Notes under the pieces: model-generated
What the model saw: the letters and a program-made list of their open reading frames with translations, nothing else
Told to the model about the DNA's origin: nothing
Databases searched by the model: none
Shown: piece after piece, positions 17,888-27,680 of the stretch
How positions within the stretch are numbered: position 1 is the first letter of the stretch
Layout: each line of letters starts with the position of its first letter
Source: Acholeplasma laidlawii PG-8A
GTDB lineage: Bacteria > Bacillota_I > Bacilli_A > Acholeplasmatales > Acholeplasmataceae
Assembly (NCBI RefSeq): GCF_000018785.1
Contig: NC_010163.1
Location: forward strand, 720,001 to 752,000
Direction of reading: 5' to 3'
DNA length: 32,000 nucleotides
Position numbers and translations under genes: made by a program

Positions 17888-19008
17888 TATTTTCTATGTA
17901 GCCAAGAAGGTAATGTACGCTTCTTAGTATCTTCACCAGATGCTTCCTTATTATTTAAAGGCTCTAATCCAGTATCTGTTATTTTTACTTGTTGTGTGCT
18001 GTTGTTTCTAAAGATGTCACCAGCAATCTTTTCAACTTCATTGCCTTTAGCACGAAGTTCATAACCGGTTGCAACGATTGTAACAATCATTTCATCTTCT
18101 AAGTCAACACTGACTGTATGTCCGTAAATAACGTTTAAATCGGACTCAGTTGCATTTCTAATTTCAGTTAATGCTGCTTCAATTTCAAATAATGTCACTT
18201 CAGCCCCAGAAGAGATATTTACGATCGCATCTGTTGCACCATCAATGGATACTTCTAATAATTTGGAATGGATTGCTTTTCTAGCTGCTTCAATCGCACG
18301 GTTTTCACCACTAGCCATACCAATACCCATTAAGGCTGTACCTTTATTTTCCATCACAGTTCTAACGTCAGCAAAGTCAACATTGATCATACCAGGAACT
18401 GCAATAATTTCAGCAATACCTTGTACACCTTGACGTAATACTTTATCAGATTCTCTAAATGCATCTAGTAATTGCATATCTCTATCAGCAATTGAGAATA
18501 ATCTTTCATTTGGTATCACAATTAAAGTGTCAACATTTGGTTTTAACTCTTCAAGTCCAGTAATTGCATGTTGCATACGAAGTGGACCTTCAAATACGAA
18601 TGGTTTTGTTACGATACCGATTGTAAGAACGCCAAGTTCTTTAGCAATACGTGCAACCACAGGTGCTGCACCAGTACCAGTTCCACCACCCATACCAGCA
18701 GTAATAAAAACCATATCTGCATCAGATAGTACTTCTCTAATATCATCCTCAGATTCGAGTGCTGCTTGCTTACCAATAGCTGGTTTAGCGCCTGCACCTA
18801 ATCCTCGAGTCAACTTCTTACCTAATTGAATACGCTCATCTGCTTTGGATACTTTAAGTACCTGAGCATCCGTATTCATCGCTACATATGAAACCCCTCT
18901 AACATCATTTTCAATCATGCGGTTTACTGCAGAGTTGCCTCCACCACCGACACCGATGACCTTGATAACGGGCTTTTGATTAAATTCATCGTTAAATCCA
19001 AAAACCAT
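17887..19008 (-). CDS. ftsZ: Cell division protein FtsZ
   Basis: [17 protein letters not shown] and [10 protein letters not shown] tubulin motif. AGGAG precedes ATG 19008; the longer start at 19053 is probably wrong. Confidence 0.97.
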   Translation of the reverse strand: MVFGFNDEFNQKPVIKVIGVGGGGNSAVNRMIENDVRGVSYVAMNTDAQVLKVSKADERIQLGKKLTRGLGAGAKPAIGKQAALESEDDIREVLSDADMVFITAGMGGGTGTGAAPVVARIAKELGVLTIGIVTKPFVFEGPLRMQHAITGLEELKPNVDTLIVIPNERLFSIADRDMQLLDAFRESDKVLRQGVQGIAEIIAVPGMINVDFADVRTVMENKGTALMGIGMASGENRAIEAARKAIHSKLLEVSIDGATDAIVNISSGAEVTLFEIEAALTEIRNATESDLNVIYGHTVSVDLEDEMIVTIVATGYELRAKGNEVEKIAGDIFRNNSTQQVKITDTGLEPLNNKEASGEDTKKRTLPSWLHRK

Positions 19009-19068
19009 GATATCACTCCTATTCATACTACTCTCATTGTAAACTATTTTCACTAAAAAATAAAGACT

Positions 19069-20184
19069 TTAGTAACTTACTTTAGGATAATTCGTTCTTT
19101 CATAAAACTCTTTTTTAAAATCAAGTAATCTGTCCTCTTTAATTGCTTGTCTAATTTCTGCCATTAAGTGCTTTAAATATGCTAAATTTTGGATAGTTAC
19201 TAGTCTTTGACCTAGTTGTTCTTCTGCTTTAAATAAGTGTCTAATATAACTCTTAGAGTACTTTGAAACACTTGATTGTAGATTTGGATCTAGACTTGAC
19301 ATGTCACGTTCAAATTGTTTATTTTTAATAGTCACTTTACCGGTAGTTGTAAGTGCTGTACCATGTCTAGCATTTCTAGTAGGCAGTACACAGTCAAACA
19401 TATCTACACCATTAATGACGTTTTCTAGTAAGTCCTCAGGTGCACCCACACCCATTAAGTAACGCGGTTTATTAAACGGTAAAATCGGGTTTAAATGTCT
19501 TGTCATCTCATACATTTCAGCTTTTGTTTCACCAACGGATAAGCCACCAATAGAATAACCTGGAAAATCCAGTTTAATGAGTTCTTCAGCACAGTGAGTT
19601 CTTAATTCTTTATTTAAACCACCTTGTACAATTCCAAATAAAGCTTGATCAGTTTTTAATGCTTCTTTACCTCTTTTTGCCCAACGAATCGTTCTTTCTA
19701 CAGAATCCTTCATATATTCATAGGATTCATAAGGTGGTGGACATTCATCAAAAGACATAATAATATCCGCACCTAAGTCTTCTTGAATGCGTATCGCATC
19801 TTCTGGACCTAAGAATAATGGAGCACCAGATTTATGATGCTTGAAATGAACACCTTCTTCTTTAATATCACGTAATTTAGCAAGTGAAAATACTTGAAAA
19901 CCACCGGAATCCGTTAAAAGTGCGCCATCCCATTTCATAAATCCACGAATACCACCATGATCTTTTACGATATCTTCACCTGGTTGTTGCCATAGGTGAT
20001 AGGTGTTTGCTAAGATTAAACCTTCTGAAACTTCTTTAATTTCTTCAACTGTTAATGTTTTTACAGTAGCGAGTGTACCTACTGGCATAAAAATAGGTGT
20101 TTCAAACACACCATGTGATGTCGTTAATTTACCAAGCCTAGCACCACTTTGCTTACAAACATGTAATACTTCATATGAAATCAA
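19069..20184 (-). CDS. tgt: Queuine tRNA-ribosyltransferase (likely TTG start near 20184)
   Basis: [27 protein letters not shown], [17 protein letters not shown]; GGAAGGTGG upstream of the TTG. Confidence 0.93.
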   Translation of the reverse strand: MISYEVLHVCKQSGARLGKLTTSHGVFETPIFMPVGTLATVKTLTVEEIKEVSEGLILANTYHLWQQPGEDIVKDHGGIRGFMKWDGALLTDSGGFQVFSLAKLRDIKEEGVHFKHHKSGAPLFLGPEDAIRIQEDLGADIIMSFDECPPPYESYEYMKDSVERTIRWAKRGKEALKTDQALFGIVQGGLNKELRTHCAEELIKLDFPGYSIGGLSVGETKAEMYEMTRHLNPILPFNKPRYLMGVGAPEDLLENVINGVDMFDCVLPTRNARHGTALTTTGKVTIKNKQFERDMSSLDPNLQSSVSKYSKSYIRHLFKAEEQLGQRLVTIQNLAYLKHLMAEIRQAIKEDRLLDFKKEFYERTNYPKVSY

Positions 20185-20204
20185 AATAAAACCACCTTCC
20201 ATGG

Positions 20205-20232
20205 TTGAAATTATATCATAAAATGGTAGAAT
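20205..20232 (+). promoter_or_regulatory. Putative promoter for the QueT-type gene
   Basis: TTGAAA, 16 nt spacer, TAGAAT. Confidence 0.45.
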
Positions 20233-20249
20233 AAGGAATGTAAAAAAAT

Positions 20250-20291
20250 AGCGGTAGCCTAGGGAAATACCCGCTTTAACAAAACAAGGAG
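20250..20291 (+). promoter_or_regulatory. preQ1-I-like riboswitch overlapping the ribosome binding site
   Basis: P1 AGCGG/CCGCT, loop with CCU, and A-rich tail TTTAACAAAACAAGGAG, which can pair CCU with AGG of the Shine-Dalgarno region. Placed before a QueT-like gene. Confidence 0.85.
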
Positions 20292-20297
20292 TAAAAA

Positions 20298-20789
20298 ATG
20301 AAAAAAGGTTTAGATTTAAAAGATATTGTCATACAAATGACTATTTCAGCTATTTATGTTGTTTTAGTGTTTGTATTTTATTTTATGAGTTTTGAAGCCA
20401 TTCAATTTAGAATAGCTGAAATACTCTTAGTTCTTGTGTTTTTCAATAAAAAACACACAATAGGGCTCGTTTTTGGTACGTTTTTAGCAAATTACTTTGG
20501 TGCATTCGGTTTAATTGATGCATTATACGGCTCACTTGCTACACTATTAGTATGTATCTTCTTGTACACATTTAGAAAACAATGGGTACTTGCATTACTT
20601 ATCTTTCCAGCCTTATTTAATGGTCTAGTCATTTCTTTTGAAATATCTTATCATTTTGACACATTTAACGTATATTGGTTCAATTTTGGAACCATTGCAC
20701 TTGGTGAACTCATAGTCGTTGCACTACTTGGAATTCCATTTATGCTTTCGTTAAAGAAAACAGATGTCTTAATGGAATATTTGACTTAA
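20298..20789 (+). CDS. queT: QueT-family queuosine precursor transporter
   Basis: 163 aa integral membrane protein with [32 protein letters not shown]; preceded by a preQ1-like element and divergent from tgt. Confidence 0.85.
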   Translation: MKKGLDLKDIVIQMTISAIYVVLVFVFYFMSFEAIQFRIAEILLVLVFFNKKHTIGLVFGTFLANYFGAFGLIDALYGSLATLLVCIFLYTFRKQWVLALLIFPALFNGLVISFEISYHFDTFNVYWFNFGTIALGELIVVALLGIPFMLSLKKTDVLMEYLT

Positions 20790-21790
20790 ATTTGCTTTAT
20801 TTGCTTTTTAACAACTGTGGCAATCGGAACCTGACTGAAATCATGGACGATTTCATAAGGTGATGTGATATTACTTATAGTGCCACGATATAAGTTAATT
20901 TGCCAAATCATATGCGTAAAAACGTGTTTAATTGGTTGTAACTCATCAAGTATTTGAATCTCTAGGCCCAAATCTTGAGCTTGAGTTAATGCACCATTTA
21001 AACTATCTGATTCAATTTGAACAAATTCATAAAACCCATGTAATAAATCTTCAGTACGCTTACGCATGAGAAATCCTTCTTTATATTCAAGTATGAATGT
21101 AAAGTATTGGATTTCTTTTTTTGTTTTTAAAGGACTCATTTTAGGATAGTTTTGCTGAACATTGTTTATGTTAGCTAAACATACTTCTTGTAAAGGACAC
21201 GTATCGCACAAAGGATTGGACACTTTACATACAGTTGCACCCAATTCCATCATACTTTGAGTATATAAGTAAGGATTGTTAGAATTTTCAATCAGTTCTT
21301 TATTCATTTCATTTAATTTCTTCTTATTTTTATCTAATCTAAAATCATCTTCTAGCATTTTAACTCTAGAAAGCACTCGAATGACGTTACCATCGGTAGC
21401 TGGATAAGGTTTATGAAATGCTATAGACATAATTGCGCCTGCTGTGTAGGCACCAATACCAGGTATTTTTAGTATTTTAAAGTAATCTTCTGGTAACTTA
21501 CCATCATGATGATCAATGACATATTGAGCACCTTTATGTAGCATTCTAAATCTTCTATAATAACCAATACCTTGAACTACTTTTAAAATTTCATCAATAT
21601 CTGCCCTAGCAAGATCTTGAATTGTTGGATAAATTGTTAAAAATCTATCATAAAAAGGTAGCATTGTGTCTACCTGGGTTTGTTGTAACATAATTTCAGA
21701 TACCCAAATATGATAGGGGTTATCTGTTTTTCTAAAAGGTAAATCTCGTTTGTTTGTTTGATACCAATCAAATAATCGTAAATATGCCAT
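20786..21790 (-). CDS. mutY: A/G-specific adenine glycosylase (start probably ATG 21790)
   Basis: SEIMLQQTQVDTMLPFY, IPGIGAYTAGAI, Fe-S cluster CKVSNPLCDTCPLQEVC; GGAG upstream of ATG 21790. Confidence 0.95.
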   Translation of the reverse strand: MAYLRLFDWYQTNKRDLPFRKTDNPYHIWVSEIMLQQTQVDTMLPFYDRFLTIYPTIQDLARADIDEILKVVQGIGYYRRFRMLHKGAQYVIDHHDGKLPEDYFKILKIPGIGAYTAGAIMSIAFHKPYPATDGNVIRVLSRVKMLEDDFRLDKNKKKLNEMNKELIENSNNPYLYTQSMMELGATVCKVSNPLCDTCPLQEVCLANINNVQQNYPKMSPLKTKKEIQYFTFILEYKEGFLMRKRTEDLLHGFYEFVQIESDSLNGALTQAQDLGLEIQILDELQPIKHVFTHMIWQINLYRGTISNITSPYEIVHDFSQVPIATVVKKQIKQI

Positions 21791-21872
21791 AATCTCGCTC
21801 TCCAAAGCCTATTTTACCAAAATAATCATTTGTTGATGCTAAAATGACTTAGATGAAAGGAAAGATAATGTA

Positions 21873-22481
21873 ATGAAAGATATTATTTTAGGTAGACGCT
21901 CTATTAGAAAGTACACAAATGAAAAGATTTCTAATGAAACTTTAGAAAATATGTTAAACGATGCACTACGTGCGCCTTCAAGTAGAAATTTACAACCAGT
22001 TAGACTTTTCGTAATAGAAAGCCAAACTGCTAGAGAAAAGTTAAGACCAATCCTTATGGGTAATCAACTTCAACTAGACACTGCTTCTCACATTATCCTA
22101 GTCACAGCTGATATTCGCAAATATGATGATGCTCATATTATATTTGATCGCTCAGTTGAACAAGGTATGATGCCTGTTGAAATTAGAAATAGAAATCTTG
22201 AAAGTTTTAAGAATCTTGAAATCAACCCGACTGATACAAACTATTTAAACTCACTTCATTTAGATGGTGGATTATTCTCAATGAACTTTATGCTTGTTGC
22301 AAGAACCTATGGCTATGATACATGTCCAATTGGTGGATTTAATAAAAAGTTAGTTCATGAAGCGCTTGGTATTGATAGTCGTTATGCACCTGTGTTACTT
22401 ATCTCAGTTGGTAAAGCAGATGAATCAGGTTATGAATCCATTCGTTTAAGCGCTAAAGAAGTTACAAAATTTATTGATTAA
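21873..22481 (+). CDS. Nitroreductase family protein
   Basis: RRSIRKYTNEKISNETLENMLNDALRAPSSRNLQP and C-terminal GYDTCPIGGF. Confidence 0.9.
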   Translation: MKDIILGRRSIRKYTNEKISNETLENMLNDALRAPSSRNLQPVRLFVIESQTAREKLRPILMGNQLQLDTASHIILVTADIRKYDDAHIIFDRSVEQGMMPVEIRNRNLESFKNLEINPTDTNYLNSLHLDGGLFSMNFMLVARTYGYDTCPIGGFNKKLVHEALGIDSRYAPVLLISVGKADESGYESIRLSAKEVTKFID

Positions 22482-22496
22482 TTGTCTACTAAAGTT

Positions 22497-22524
22497 AAAA
22501 AGGGGATTGCTCCCCTTTTTTTTT
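22497..22524. terminator. Bidirectional terminator between nitroreductase and ABC transporter genes
   Basis: AAAAAGGGG-ATTGCT-CCCCTTTTTTTTT, flanked by convergent stops. Confidence 0.85.
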
Positions 22525-22527
22525 ATA

Positions 22528-24789
22528 CTATATATCGTAAGAACTAATAATTTGTGCAGGTGTTTTTCTAAGTAATAGTCCCATTGGAAGTAAACCTATG
22601 AGTAGATTGGCTGCATATACAAAGATTACACCAAATAAGATAATGAAGAAATCAATTCTAAAACCAATAAATGTTCTTAGCGGTGAATTAGAAAATGCAC
22701 CTAATATAAATGACATAAGTCCAAAGCCAATGAGCGATGATACTGTTGTTAAAAGTATAATTTCAACAGCAAATGAACTATAGATTTCTAGTTTTCTGAC
22801 ACCTAAAGCTCTATATACAGATATCTCATAGATACGAGATATCATACTAGAACGCATCACAAAGTAAAATGCTAATAAGCCACCACCAATTAAAAAGATT
22901 GTAATAAGTAAATTTGCAGCAGTTTGTTGTGCAATTGCTATATTATTTTGGTCAATGACAGCTTGACTGCTTAATTTCACCATGTAACCTGCATCTTCTA
23001 GTGCTTGTTTAAGTTCTAAATAGTTAGGTGTGAAGATATAAGCATCCAAACTAGCATTTGAAGATTGTAATATAGATTCTTCATATTGTCTAGTTGTTGT
23101 ATAACTTGGACTATTGATAGAATCAAAGTTTGTCAAAGTAAATGCTGTTTTATAATCATATGCATAAATAGCAATATACTTAGCTTTAGATATACCTACA
23201 ACTGTATAACGCTTTTGTGGGTCACTTAATGCACCACTAAATGCTAGTACTTCGCCAATGAAATCCTCTGGACGCCAAATACCTATATCTTGGAAGTTTT
23301 GATCATTTAATACATCTTTTGAATAAACACCATAACTTAAAACAATTTCATTAGCATTTAAAGGTAATCTGCCTGCATATAAATCATTTTGTTTAAGTTG
23401 TTTACTATATTCTATTTTAATATTAGATGCTAAAGATTTAAATGCCCCATTACCTAAATCGATTCTTAACTGGTTACTAGCTGCGAGTCTTTCCATATAA
23501 ATGACATAATCCCCACTGGTTTCACCGTTTACCTTGTCAAGTAAAGCTGATGCACCACCGTTTCCTTGATAAAACGAGTTCTTATTTACCTGGATATAAC
23601 GTTCATCCATCGTAAGCGCATCCTTATAGTCTTTAGTAAGAATGCTATACATATTAATGGTTGCAAATGCCACTAACATACCACTAATCATAAAGATTGC
23701 TAACATGAGTTTACCTTTGCGACCAAAATTCATCAGTTTTCTAAATGCTATCCAAAAACTGTTTTTAAAGGAAATCGTAAACTTCTTATGTTTATCTAAA
23801 TTTGAATGGTCTAATACACTATCATCAAATGTTGTGACTAACATTTCTTCTCTTGTCTTTTTAGTGAAATGCTCATCTTTAACAACCATATGAGACTCTT
23901 CATTTAATAACTTAATTTTTTGAATATCTGATTGAATATCTAAATAAAGTGTTTTATTTTTAATAATTAAACGTACTTGAGTAGGTAATACTTCATCGCT
24001 ATCCGCATAAAAGGATGCCTTTAAGTTCTTAGATTCTAAGTTTGATACTTCAACTAAGTCTTTTAAATATATCGTATTATCATTTGAAAATGCATGGTCT
24101 TGTAACGTGGTATTTTGATCATCATTGATGATTTTACCATCCTTAATTTCAACAATGCGATCCCCATAAAAGCTTGCAAGTTCTTTTTCATGTGTTACTA
24201 ATACAACTAATTTATTTGCAGAAATTGATTTAACGATATTCATAATTTCTAGTGTATTTTTACTGTCTAAGTTACCGGTAGGTTCATCAGCAATAATCAC
24301 TTTAGGATTTTTAACAAGCGCTCGAGCAATCGCTACTCTTTGTTGTTGTCCACCAGATAATTGTGTACTACGTTTTTTTCTAAAACGGTACATACCCACT
24401 TGTTTTAAGATGTAGTTGACTCTAGTTTCTATCTCATTTTTATCTTGAATACCAATCATCTTAAGAACAAACGCCACATTATCAAACACACTTAAGTTTG
24501 GCATTAAGTAATAATTTTGGAAAATATAGCCTACTTCTTCAGTACGTATTTTATCCCATATAGCTGATTTATAATGTGATATGTTATGGTCAAAGAAATC
24601 AATTTGACCCTTTTGAACTTTATCAAGTCCACCAATGACATTAAGTAGTGTTGTTTTACCAGAACCAGATGGTCCTAGTAAAACAACAAGACCCTTATTA
24701 GGGAAATCTAAAGATACATCATTTAATACATGAATACTATTTTTCTTACCACGATTAAAGTGTTTATCTAAATGTTTAACGCTTATCAT
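22528..24789 (-). CDS. Fused ABC transporter ATPase and FtsX/MacB-type permease
   Basis: GPSGSGKTTLLN Walker A, LSGGQQQRVAIARAL signature, and C-terminal helices separated by an extracytoplasmic domain. Confidence 0.92.
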   Translation of the reverse strand: MISVKHLDKHFNRGKKNSIHVLNDVSLDFPNKGLVVLLGPSGSGKTTLLNVIGGLDKVQKGQIDFFDHNISHYKSAIWDKIRTEEVGYIFQNYYLMPNLSVFDNVAFVLKMIGIQDKNEIETRVNYILKQVGMYRFRKKRSTQLSGGQQQRVAIARALVKNPKVIIADEPTGNLDSKNTLEIMNIVKSISANKLVVLVTHEKELASFYGDRIVEIKDGKIINDDQNTTLQDHAFSNDNTIYLKDLVEVSNLESKNLKASFYADSDEVLPTQVRLIIKNKTLYLDIQSDIQKIKLLNEESHMVVKDEHFTKKTREEMLVTTFDDSVLDHSNLDKHKKFTISFKNSFWIAFRKLMNFGRKGKLMLAIFMISGMLVAFATINMYSILTKDYKDALTMDERYIQVNKNSFYQGNGGASALLDKVNGETSGDYVIYMERLAASNQLRIDLGNGAFKSLASNIKIEYSKQLKQNDLYAGRLPLNANEIVLSYGVYSKDVLNDQNFQDIGIWRPEDFIGEVLAFSGALSDPQKRYTVVGISKAKYIAIYAYDYKTAFTLTNFDSINSPSYTTTRQYEESILQSSNASLDAYIFTPNYLELKQALEDAGYMVKLSSQAVIDQNNIAIAQQTAANLLITIFLIGGGLLAFYFVMRSSMISRIYEISVYRALGVRKLEIYSSFAVEIILLTTVSSLIGFGLMSFILGAFSNSPLRTFIGFRIDFFIILFGVIFVYAANLLIGLLPMGLLLRKTPAQIISSYDI

Positions 24790-26924
24790 AATGTATCTTC
24801 TCTACTTTCTGTAAGATTTTCAATGACTGAAATTTTAAAGGTCTTCTTATTGAATCTTCTAGCTAACCAAATAGATAGATAAGTAAATGTTAGGAATAAA
24901 ATAACATAGTCAAATGGAAGTAAACGTTGTAGGATTAAGTTCATACTGTAATTTGAGTAACTTAAGATATTTATGACAATCATAGATACAATAAATGAAA
25001 TGACCATCATATATACTTGTTCAAATATAACTAATAAACCAAGTTTAGACTCATTGGTACCTATCGATCTAAAGATTGCAAAATCTTTCTTTCTAGAACT
25101 CATTACATTCTTCATGACTGAATATAGAATAAAGTATAAGAATAATGCAAATCCATAAATTAGAGTGTAAAAGAATAGTGAAATCAGAAAGTTGATTGGT
25201 GCAAATAATGCTTGAATCGCATTTTGTTCAAGTGCTGGATAAATCACTCTATATGTTGTTTTATCAATTGCTTTAAAGAGCCTTTCAGCTGTAATTTCAC
25301 TACTTGCAGAAAGTGATAAGGTTTGATTACCACTGGCATTAAGTAATTCATCATGTGAAAAGTAAAGGGCACCACGATTGGAGTCATCAAAAATACCTAC
25401 AACTGTATAATTAATTTCATTATATTCATAGAACTCAACTAAGACAGAAACATTTGTTACGTAATCTTTTCTAACAGGGTCTAATTGTTCTAAATCAAGT
25501 AGGTCCCAGCCATAATATGCAATTGTTTCAATATGATCATAAGTGATTAACCAAGTGATATTGTTAATATTCTTATCCGGAAAATCTTCAAATGGGAATT
25601 TATATATATAAGTATCTAGTTGTATAGGGGTTACTTCTTCTGAAGTAACAACATCTTCTCTACTATAAATAATTGCACCAATATTCACTCTTAAAGCATT
25701 AGATACAACAACTTCAGTAGCACTAAGGTTTGTCATTCTACCATCAACAAGAAATTGAGGTTGTTTAGAGATAAAGTACGTTGTATCATACTTATAAGTT
25801 CGAGGAATATAATCAGTATAACCTTGAGGATGTGTATAATACATATAGTTCGTTTCTATTTCGTCAATGAACAAGACACCTTCGTAAACAAAGTGATTTG
25901 AACCGCTTAGACTAGATAAATATTCAATATCATCTGAAGATATTGTCTGACCATCTTTTCTAACAACATTCATACGATTATCCGACATATTTGAAGTATG
26001 AAAATCAAATATTTGAATATCAGGACCCATATCTAAATTTAAATTAAATAAATCTTGCCTTGCTGTATTCATGACATTACTATACGTCATTGTAAAGACT
26101 AAAATAATCATAACTTGTAGTGCAATAAAAAACAGTAATAATCTAGGTTTTGATAATAGATTTCTTAACGCAAAACGTGCAACTGATGCCACAGTCATCG
26201 GTTTTATCGAGGGCTCAATTTTTACATCCTCATGCGTATTTTGCTTTAACGTCTTATCTTCTACGACTTCACCATCATGCATCTTAATATGGCGTGTTGC
26301 TATTTCTTTAACTTGATCATAATCATGCGTTACGATGATAATTAACTTATCTTTTGATAATTCTTGAAGTAATGAAATAACTTGTTTACTGGATTCGGAA
26401 TCCAAGTTACCTGTAGGTTCATCTGCGACAATAATTGGGGTGTCTTTAGCCAAAGCACGTGCAATGACTGCACGTTGTTTTTGACCACCACTAAGTTTAG
26501 ATGCTTTATGATGTTTATGACTAGTTAATCCAACTTTATCAATAAGTTCTAATGCACGTTTTTTACGTTCTTTTCTAGGATAGTTTTGAACTTCAAGTGC
26601 TAATAGTACGTTTTCATAGACTGTAAATGAATCAATAATATTATAGTTTTGGAAGACAAATCCTACAAATTTAGAACGGTAATTTTCCCAGTCTTTGACT
26701 AAAAAATGAGATGTTTCTTCATCTTGTATATAAAGTTCACCATCTTCATAGCTATCAAGACCTGAAATGACGTTTAAAAGTGTTGATTTACCACTTCCTG
26801 ATTCCCCTGTTACTGCAACAAATTCCCCAATATTAAACTCGAGTGAGATTTTTTGCATCCCAACGGATACACCCTCACCGGACTTATAATATTTAGAAAT
26901 GTTTTCTAGTTTTATAAGTGACAT
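24786..26924 (-). CDS. Fused ABC transporter ATPase and FtsX/MacB-type permease, partner of the previous gene
   Basis: GESGSGKSTLLN, LSGGQKQRAVIARAL, C-terminal TM helices; ATGA-type overlap with the downstream gene. Confidence 0.92.
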   Translation of the reverse strand: MSLIKLENISKYYKSGEGVSVGMQKISLEFNIGEFVAVTGESGSGKSTLLNVISGLDSYEDGELYIQDEETSHFLVKDWENYRSKFVGFVFQNYNIIDSFTVYENVLLALEVQNYPRKERKKRALELIDKVGLTSHKHHKASKLSGGQKQRAVIARALAKDTPIIVADEPTGNLDSESSKQVISLLQELSKDKLIIIVTHDYDQVKEIATRHIKMHDGEVVEDKTLKQNTHEDVKIEPSIKPMTVASVARFALRNLLSKPRLLLFFIALQVMIILVFTMTYSNVMNTARQDLFNLNLDMGPDIQIFDFHTSNMSDNRMNVVRKDGQTISSDDIEYLSSLSGSNHFVYEGVLFIDEIETNYMYYTHPQGYTDYIPRTYKYDTTYFISKQPQFLVDGRMTNLSATEVVVSNALRVNIGAIIYSREDVVTSEEVTPIQLDTYIYKFPFEDFPDKNINNITWLITYDHIETIAYYGWDLLDLEQLDPVRKDYVTNVSVLVEFYEYNEINYTVVGIFDDSNRGALYFSHDELLNASGNQTLSLSASSEITAERLFKAIDKTTYRVIYPALEQNAIQALFAPINFLISLFFYTLIYGFALFLYFILYSVMKNVMSSRKKDFAIFRSIGTNESKLGLLVIFEQVYMMVISFIVSMIVINILSYSNYSMNLILQRLLPFDYVILFLTFTYLSIWLARRFNKKTFKISVIENLTESREDTL

Positions 26925-26927
26925 AAA

Positions 26928-27584
26928 TTATTCCCCTTGTATAATTTTTTGTATTTGATCAACCTTATGTATTAAATAATCTGGTTTTTCATGTACTAAT
27001 TCTATATAATCTCTAAATCCCCAACTTACTCCAATGACTTTGACATCTGCATGTTTTGCTGTTTGAATATCTACTTCTGAATCCCCTATAAATAGCACCT
27101 CATGTTTATTTAATTGAAGCTCTTTAATGGCTAGATTTAAAGGTGCAGGATCTGGTTTTTTAGGTATACCAGGACGCTCACCGATTACCACATCAAACAT
27201 ACCTTTAAAGTAGTAATCTATAATTTCACTAACTGCCTCTTGATGTTTATTGGATACGACTGCTAATTGATAATCAATTTTTAATTGATGAAGCAGTTCA
27301 TTGATGCCTTCATAAGGCTTAGTGCGAATTTTCGAATGTGTTTCTAGATAAGGTAAATAAATAGAGAGTGCTTCATCTAAATAGTTTATATTATGCTTTA
27401 ATATATGCACCCATAACGCTTTAGCCCCATTACCTAAATAGCGTCTGACATCTTCTTTTTTTACATGTGATAGTTTAAGTTGATTCAAAGTATAGTTACA
27501 ACTATTTGTTATGTCATCTAAAGTATCTAGTAATGTCCCATCTAGATCAAATATGATTGCTTTTAATGTATTCATAAAATCCAA
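26928..27584 (-). CDS. HAD superfamily phosphatase (phosphoglycolate phosphatase/PpaX-like)
   Basis: IFDLDGTLLDTLDD, VVSNK, FIGDSEVDIQTA. Confidence 0.88.
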   Translation of the reverse strand: MDFMNTLKAIIFDLDGTLLDTLDDITNSCNYTLNQLKLSHVKKEDVRRYLGNGAKALWVHILKHNINYLDEALSIYLPYLETHSKIRTKPYEGINELLHQLKIDYQLAVVSNKHQEAVSEIIDYYFKGMFDVVIGERPGIPKKPDPAPLNLAIKELQLNKHEVLFIGDSEVDIQTAKHADVKVIGVSWGFRDYIELVHEKPDYLIHKVDQIQKIIQGE

Positions 27585-27635
27585 CTTTCTAAATGTATTA
27601 TAGCATAGTACATCAAAATATATCGATGATGATAT

Positions 27636-27669
27636 AAAAAGTCTTTCACCTAATAAGCATGAAAGACTT
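27636..27669 (-). terminator. Terminator after the LacI-family gene
   Basis: Minus strand AAGTCTTTCA ... TGAAAGACTT followed by TTT. Confidence 0.8.
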
Positions 27670-27680
27670 AAATGACTGTA

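Noticed and set aside
18609-18797. 62 aa minus-strand ORF in another frame of ftsZ
   Set aside because: Fully inside ftsZ in an alternative frame, no independent support.
18527-18829. 100 aa plus-strand ORF antisense to ftsZ
   Set aside because: Low complexity Pro/Ser-rich shadow of the conserved FtsZ GTPase domain.
22598-26316. Small plus-strand ORFs across the two ABC transporter genes
   Set aside because: All are antisense to long, well-supported coding frames with no RBS or motif evidence.
27639-27669. Inverted repeat AAGTCTTTCA/TGAAAGACTT considered as a LacI operator
   Set aside because: It lies downstream of the lacI stop and is followed by a T run on the minus strand, so it is a terminator.
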